A stretch of 48,755 nucleotides of DNA, from the NCBI GenBank assembly GCA_037443365.1, contig JBBIOM010000012.1:1250-50004 (forward strand), written 5' to 3'. Position numbers and translations under genes: made by a program. The first letter of the stretch is position 1; each line of letters opens with the position of its first letter. The notes beneath the pieces were generated by a model. It did no database searches and had not been told where the DNA came from. It saw only the letters and a program-made list of their open reading frames with translations. This document shows, piece after piece, positions 48,685 to 48,755 of this stretch. The DNA is from Armatimonadota bacterium. GTDB taxonomy: Bacteria > Sysuimicrobiota > Sysuimicrobiia > Sysuimicrobiales > Humicultoraceae.

Positions 48685-48755
48685 CCGGCCAGCGGCCCGT
48701 GGCTCCGCGGTCCTAGCGCGCCTCGGCCCGGCCCCTCCCGACCAGCGCCGCCGCC

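Noticed and set aside
48713-48755. Possible 3' end of a convergent minus-strand gene (AAALVGRGRAEAR*)
   Set aside because: Only 13 codons visible; cannot be supported

Overview
High-GC bacterial chromosomal segment, almost fully coding. I found no rRNA, tRNA, CRISPR array or intact mobile element. 1-14.3 kb is one + strand operon for purine/N-heterocycle catabolism: NitT/TauT (NMT1-type) ABC transporter, two fold-type-II PLP enzymes, two divergent carbamoyltransferases, carbamate kinase, a fused 2Fe-2S/Moco xanthine-dehydrogenase-family protein, an SsnA-like amidohydrolase, a Mer-like LLM oxidoreductase and an atypical cysteine hydrolase. It resembles the anaerobic xdh-ssnA-ygeW uric-acid cluster, but has different enzymes where YgfK, YgeX, YgeY and HyuA would be. 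Its leader can fold into mutually exclusive stems, one of which hides the RBS (candidate ON-riboswitch). 14.8-23.9 kb holds a second, three-subunit xanthine dehydrogenase operon with an 8-oxoguanine-deaminase-like gene and an M20 hydrolase, divergent from adenine deaminase. A DUF433 antitoxin relic lies between the two operons. The rest: a trans-sulfuration enzyme, transporters, nfo, USP, two convergent Opp/Dpp ABC systems (one IclR-linked with a NicX/M29-like protein and a hydantoin racemase), holB-darA-tmk-R3H/AAA, EndoQ, a geranylgeranyl-reductase-family gene and DUF192. A recurrent (GC)AGG-N18-20-GAA promoter-like motif precedes seven transcription units. All assignments come from reading motifs by eye; no database searches were run.
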